Source: Rebecca billardiae RCC1528 | Taxonomy: Eukaryota; Protista; Haptophyta | DNA length: 64,000 bases | Assembly (NCBI GenBank): GCA_965240325.2 | Contig: OZ251234.1 | Coordinates: forward strand, 186,001 to 250,000 | Reading direction: 5' to 3' | Shown: positions 61,676 to 64,000 of the stretch, piece after piece | How positions within the stretch are numbered: position 1 is the stretch's first letter | Layout of the letters: the number at the start of each line of letters is the position of its first letter | Translations under genes and position numbers: made by a program | Notes under the pieces: model-generated | The model's input: the letters and a program-made list of their open reading frames with translations, nothing else | What the model was told of the DNA's origin: nothing | Databases searched by the model: none

Positions 61676-62406
61676 CGCCTCGGGGCAGAGCCGCTGTTGC
61701 ACTTCGCGCGGCGCGGGGCGGCGCCACGCTTTCTGGGTAGTGGGTTTGTGGCGGGAGAAGGGCGATCACTCGGCGCCTTCCGGAGCAAGCTTCGAGGACG
61801 TTCCGGCCCGGGCGGCCCCGCTGGCACGAACTCGAAGGGGTTTAGCCCCGCGCTGATGCGCCGGCGGCGGCTGCTACTGTCATGGGCGGTGACAGTTGGC
61901 GCGCGGGCGTCAATCTCGCCTGCCTGAGCTGTGTGCGTCTCTTAGTTCTTAGTAATAAACTGTAGCAGTATGATCTTCTTCGTCGTCCGCGGTCCTTTAG
62001 CCCGCTACTTCAGGAATTAGGAGCCGCCATCCGACGGACTCTCAATGATGTCCGCATCGTCAGTCACCTCAGGAGTCAGGTGAGCGCGACGACTGCGAAG
62101 TGTGAGACGCGAGTGGCGTCGCACGACGATCCATGATGAATGAAGAATGATGGCGATATCGCGATGCACGCATGATCTGTCGGCCGCCATGACCGCGGCG
62201 CAGCTGCCGCAGCGTCATCGGTAGTCCGACGGGGTCCGGGCACCGGCCGCACTGACACACCGTGGTAGATGCGCGCCGGGCGCCGCTAGCCCGTGCCGGC
62301 CACCCAGGGCCAGTAGGGAGAGGGGAGGGCGAAGGTTGCGCCGCGAGTGGATGAGTACAGTGCGCGCAGCCGCCAGCCTCCAAGTCAGGCCTCAGCCCCT
62401 AGTCAG

Positions 62407-64000
62407 TCAGTCGAGTGCGAGGAGCCCTTCCATCTGCTGCCCACCCGCCTCCTCCGCCTCCGCCGCCTCCGCCTCCGCCGCCTCCGCCTCGTCCGACGTG
62501 TCGAGGGAGCTGTCGTACTCGCCCTCGGCGCCGCTGCTGCTGCCGGCCTCCGAGCGCCGCGCGTCCGCGAGCTGCTCCGCATCGGCGTCGGCGCGCGGCA
62601 GCGCGAGGGGCCGCGGGCGGACGTCCTGCGGACGCGCCGCGCGGCCGACCGGCGGAGGCGGCGGCGCGGCGGGCTCGAAGCCAAAGGCGGCGGGCGGCTC
62701 GGCGAGCGCGTCGTCGGCATGGGCCCCGGCGTCCTGCGCGGCGGACGACGCGGCGCGCGCGTCGAGCGGCAGCGCCGGCGCCTCGCGCGCCGCGGCCACC
62801 CGCAGCGCGCCGCCCTCGCCGAGCGCTATGCACGACGTGACTAAACCGAACCTTCCGACTTGGTTCTCGTTGCGGGCGCGGCGCGAGCGGTCGGTGACGA
62901 ACTTGTAGCCGACCTCCTTGCCGCACGCGCAGTGGACGTGCGCCATCTCGAAGAGGCCCTGCGCAAGGTGCTCCTCGTACGGCGCGGACACGACCACCTG
63001 CGCGCCCACCACCGAGTTGACGTAGCAAGCAGGCTCGGGCGGCGCGCCGCCTGTGAGAGCGAGCGTCCGAGCAGGCGCGCGCGCGCGCGCGCGCGGGGGC
63101 GGGCGGGCGGGTGGCGTGGGGAGGGCGGCAAGGGCGCGTGAGCGAGCGGCGGGCGCACACCCCACCCCGCGCGGCGCGCCCCGCGCCCCTTTGCGCGCGC
63201 GTGGCCGCGCACCGAAGCCCCAGCGCCGCTTGGTGCACAGCAGCTGGTCGGCGTAGCACAGCGGGCTGCCGCAGCCCGCGCAGCACAGCGGGGCGCCCGC
63301 GCACAGCGGCTCCAGCTGGGAGCGGGGCGAGGGGGAAGGGGGCGGGTCAGCGGCGCGGTGCTGACGACCGCGGTGCTGCCGCGCGGCGTGCGGCGCGTGC
63401 GCGCGCGCCCGCACCGTTGTCGAGTGCGTGCGCGCGCCCAGCAGCCGAGTGTAGCGCAGGCCAAGGAACGTCTGCTGCACGCGGACGGTGACGGCGGCGT
63501 GCTCGGCGAGGATGCGCGAGACGGAGGGCGTGACAGGCGCGGCGGGCGGCGGCGCCGGCGCGGCGGGCGGCTCGGCCGCCGCGGCCTCTGCGTCTGCGGC
63601 CGCGCCGGCCGCGCGCGCGCCCGCTGGCGCGAGCGCGCCCGCGCCGTCGGCGCCCGCGCCCGCGGCGCCGTCGGCGCGCGCGGGCGAGCGCGCCGGGGCG
63701 GGCGGCGGCGGCTGCGGCGGCGGCGAGCGGGGCGAGCGGCGCGGGAAGCAGCGGCGCGACGACGCCGAGTCGTCCTCCGCGCTCGACGACGAGAAGGACG
63801 ACGAGGCGCCGGGCGTGAGCGAGTGGCGCGAGCTGCCGCCGCCGCCGCCGGCCGAGCCGCCGCCGCTCGGCGTCTGCGGCGGCGGCGACGCGCCGCGCGG
63901 GGTGGGCGGCGCGGAGGCCGAGGCGCCGGCGGCGTGCGCGGGCTGCTGCCGCGGCTGCTCGGACTGCGACGCGCTCGCCGCGCGCCGCCGCGGCGGCGCG
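62407..64000 (-). CDS. Yippee/Mis18-type Zn-binding domain protein, 3' part; introns 63051-63212, 63316-63414
   Basis: LCCAGCGSPL ... YEEHLAQGLFEMAHVHCACGKEVGYKF ... QVGRFGL; low-complexity N-terminal part continues beyond the window. Confidence 0.75.
   Translation of the reverse strand, partial: APPRRRAASASQSEQPRQQPAHAAGASASAPPTPRGASPPPQTPSGGGSAGGGGGSSRHSLTPGASSSFSSSSAEDDSASSRRCFPRRSPRSPPPQPPPPAPARSPARADGAAGAGADGAGALAPAGARAAGAAADAEAAAAEPPAAPAPPPAAPVTPSVSRILAEHAAVTVRVQQTFLGLRYTRLLGARTHSTTVRARAHAPHAARQHRGRQHRAADPPPSPSPRSQLEPLCAGAPLCCAGCGSPLCYADQLLCTKRRWGFGARPRARKGARGAPRGVGCAPAARSRALAALPTPPARPPPRARARAPARTLALTGGAPPEPACYVNSVVGAQVVVSAPYEEHLAQGLFEMAHVHCACGKEVGYKFVTDRSRRARNENQVGRFGLVTSCIALGEGGALRVAAAREAPALPLDARAASSAAQDAGAHADDALAEPPAAFGFEPAAPPPPPVGRAARPQDVRPRPLALPRADADAEQLADARRSEAGSSSGAEGEYDSSLDTSDEAEAAEAEAAEAEEAGGQQMEGLLALD

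Overview
Very GC-rich, intron-containing eukaryotic DNA with GTGCGC donors, GCTCAC branch points and CGCAG acceptors. The composition suggests a haptophyte such as a Pavlovales alga, which is inference only. About 13 protein genes are supported: an apyrase (partial), a Naa50/60-like acetyltransferase, a small mitochondrial-type protein, TRAPPC8, a DUF1295 protein, cytosolic GAPDH, a 7TM receptor-like protein, a Slo/BK-type K+ channel, a hypothetical protein, a multi-TM+LRR protein, a Rab22-like GTPase, a SAM+filamin-repeat protein, an ankyrin-MYND protein and a Yippee-domain protein (partial). There is also one tRNA-Thr(AGT). Two transposon islands lack host genes (about 15.7-31.4 kb and 35.3-41.6 kb) and contain several non-autonomous elements that can be defined from TIRs and TSDs, some nested, including a tandem pair with Helitron2/Helentron-type ends. 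Main candidate novelty: the single gene between the two islands. When spliced, it encodes signal peptide + PA-like ectodomain + 7TM + a cytoplasmic TIR/HET-like domain whose R-x-W-C-x-x-E motif is assembled across an intron, i.e. a candidate receptor-NADase fusion. Also notable are a structured ~160-nt candidate ncRNA just upstream of the tRNA and sharply CpG-depleted transposon interiors. Most long ORFs in the supplied track are GC-driven shadow frames.
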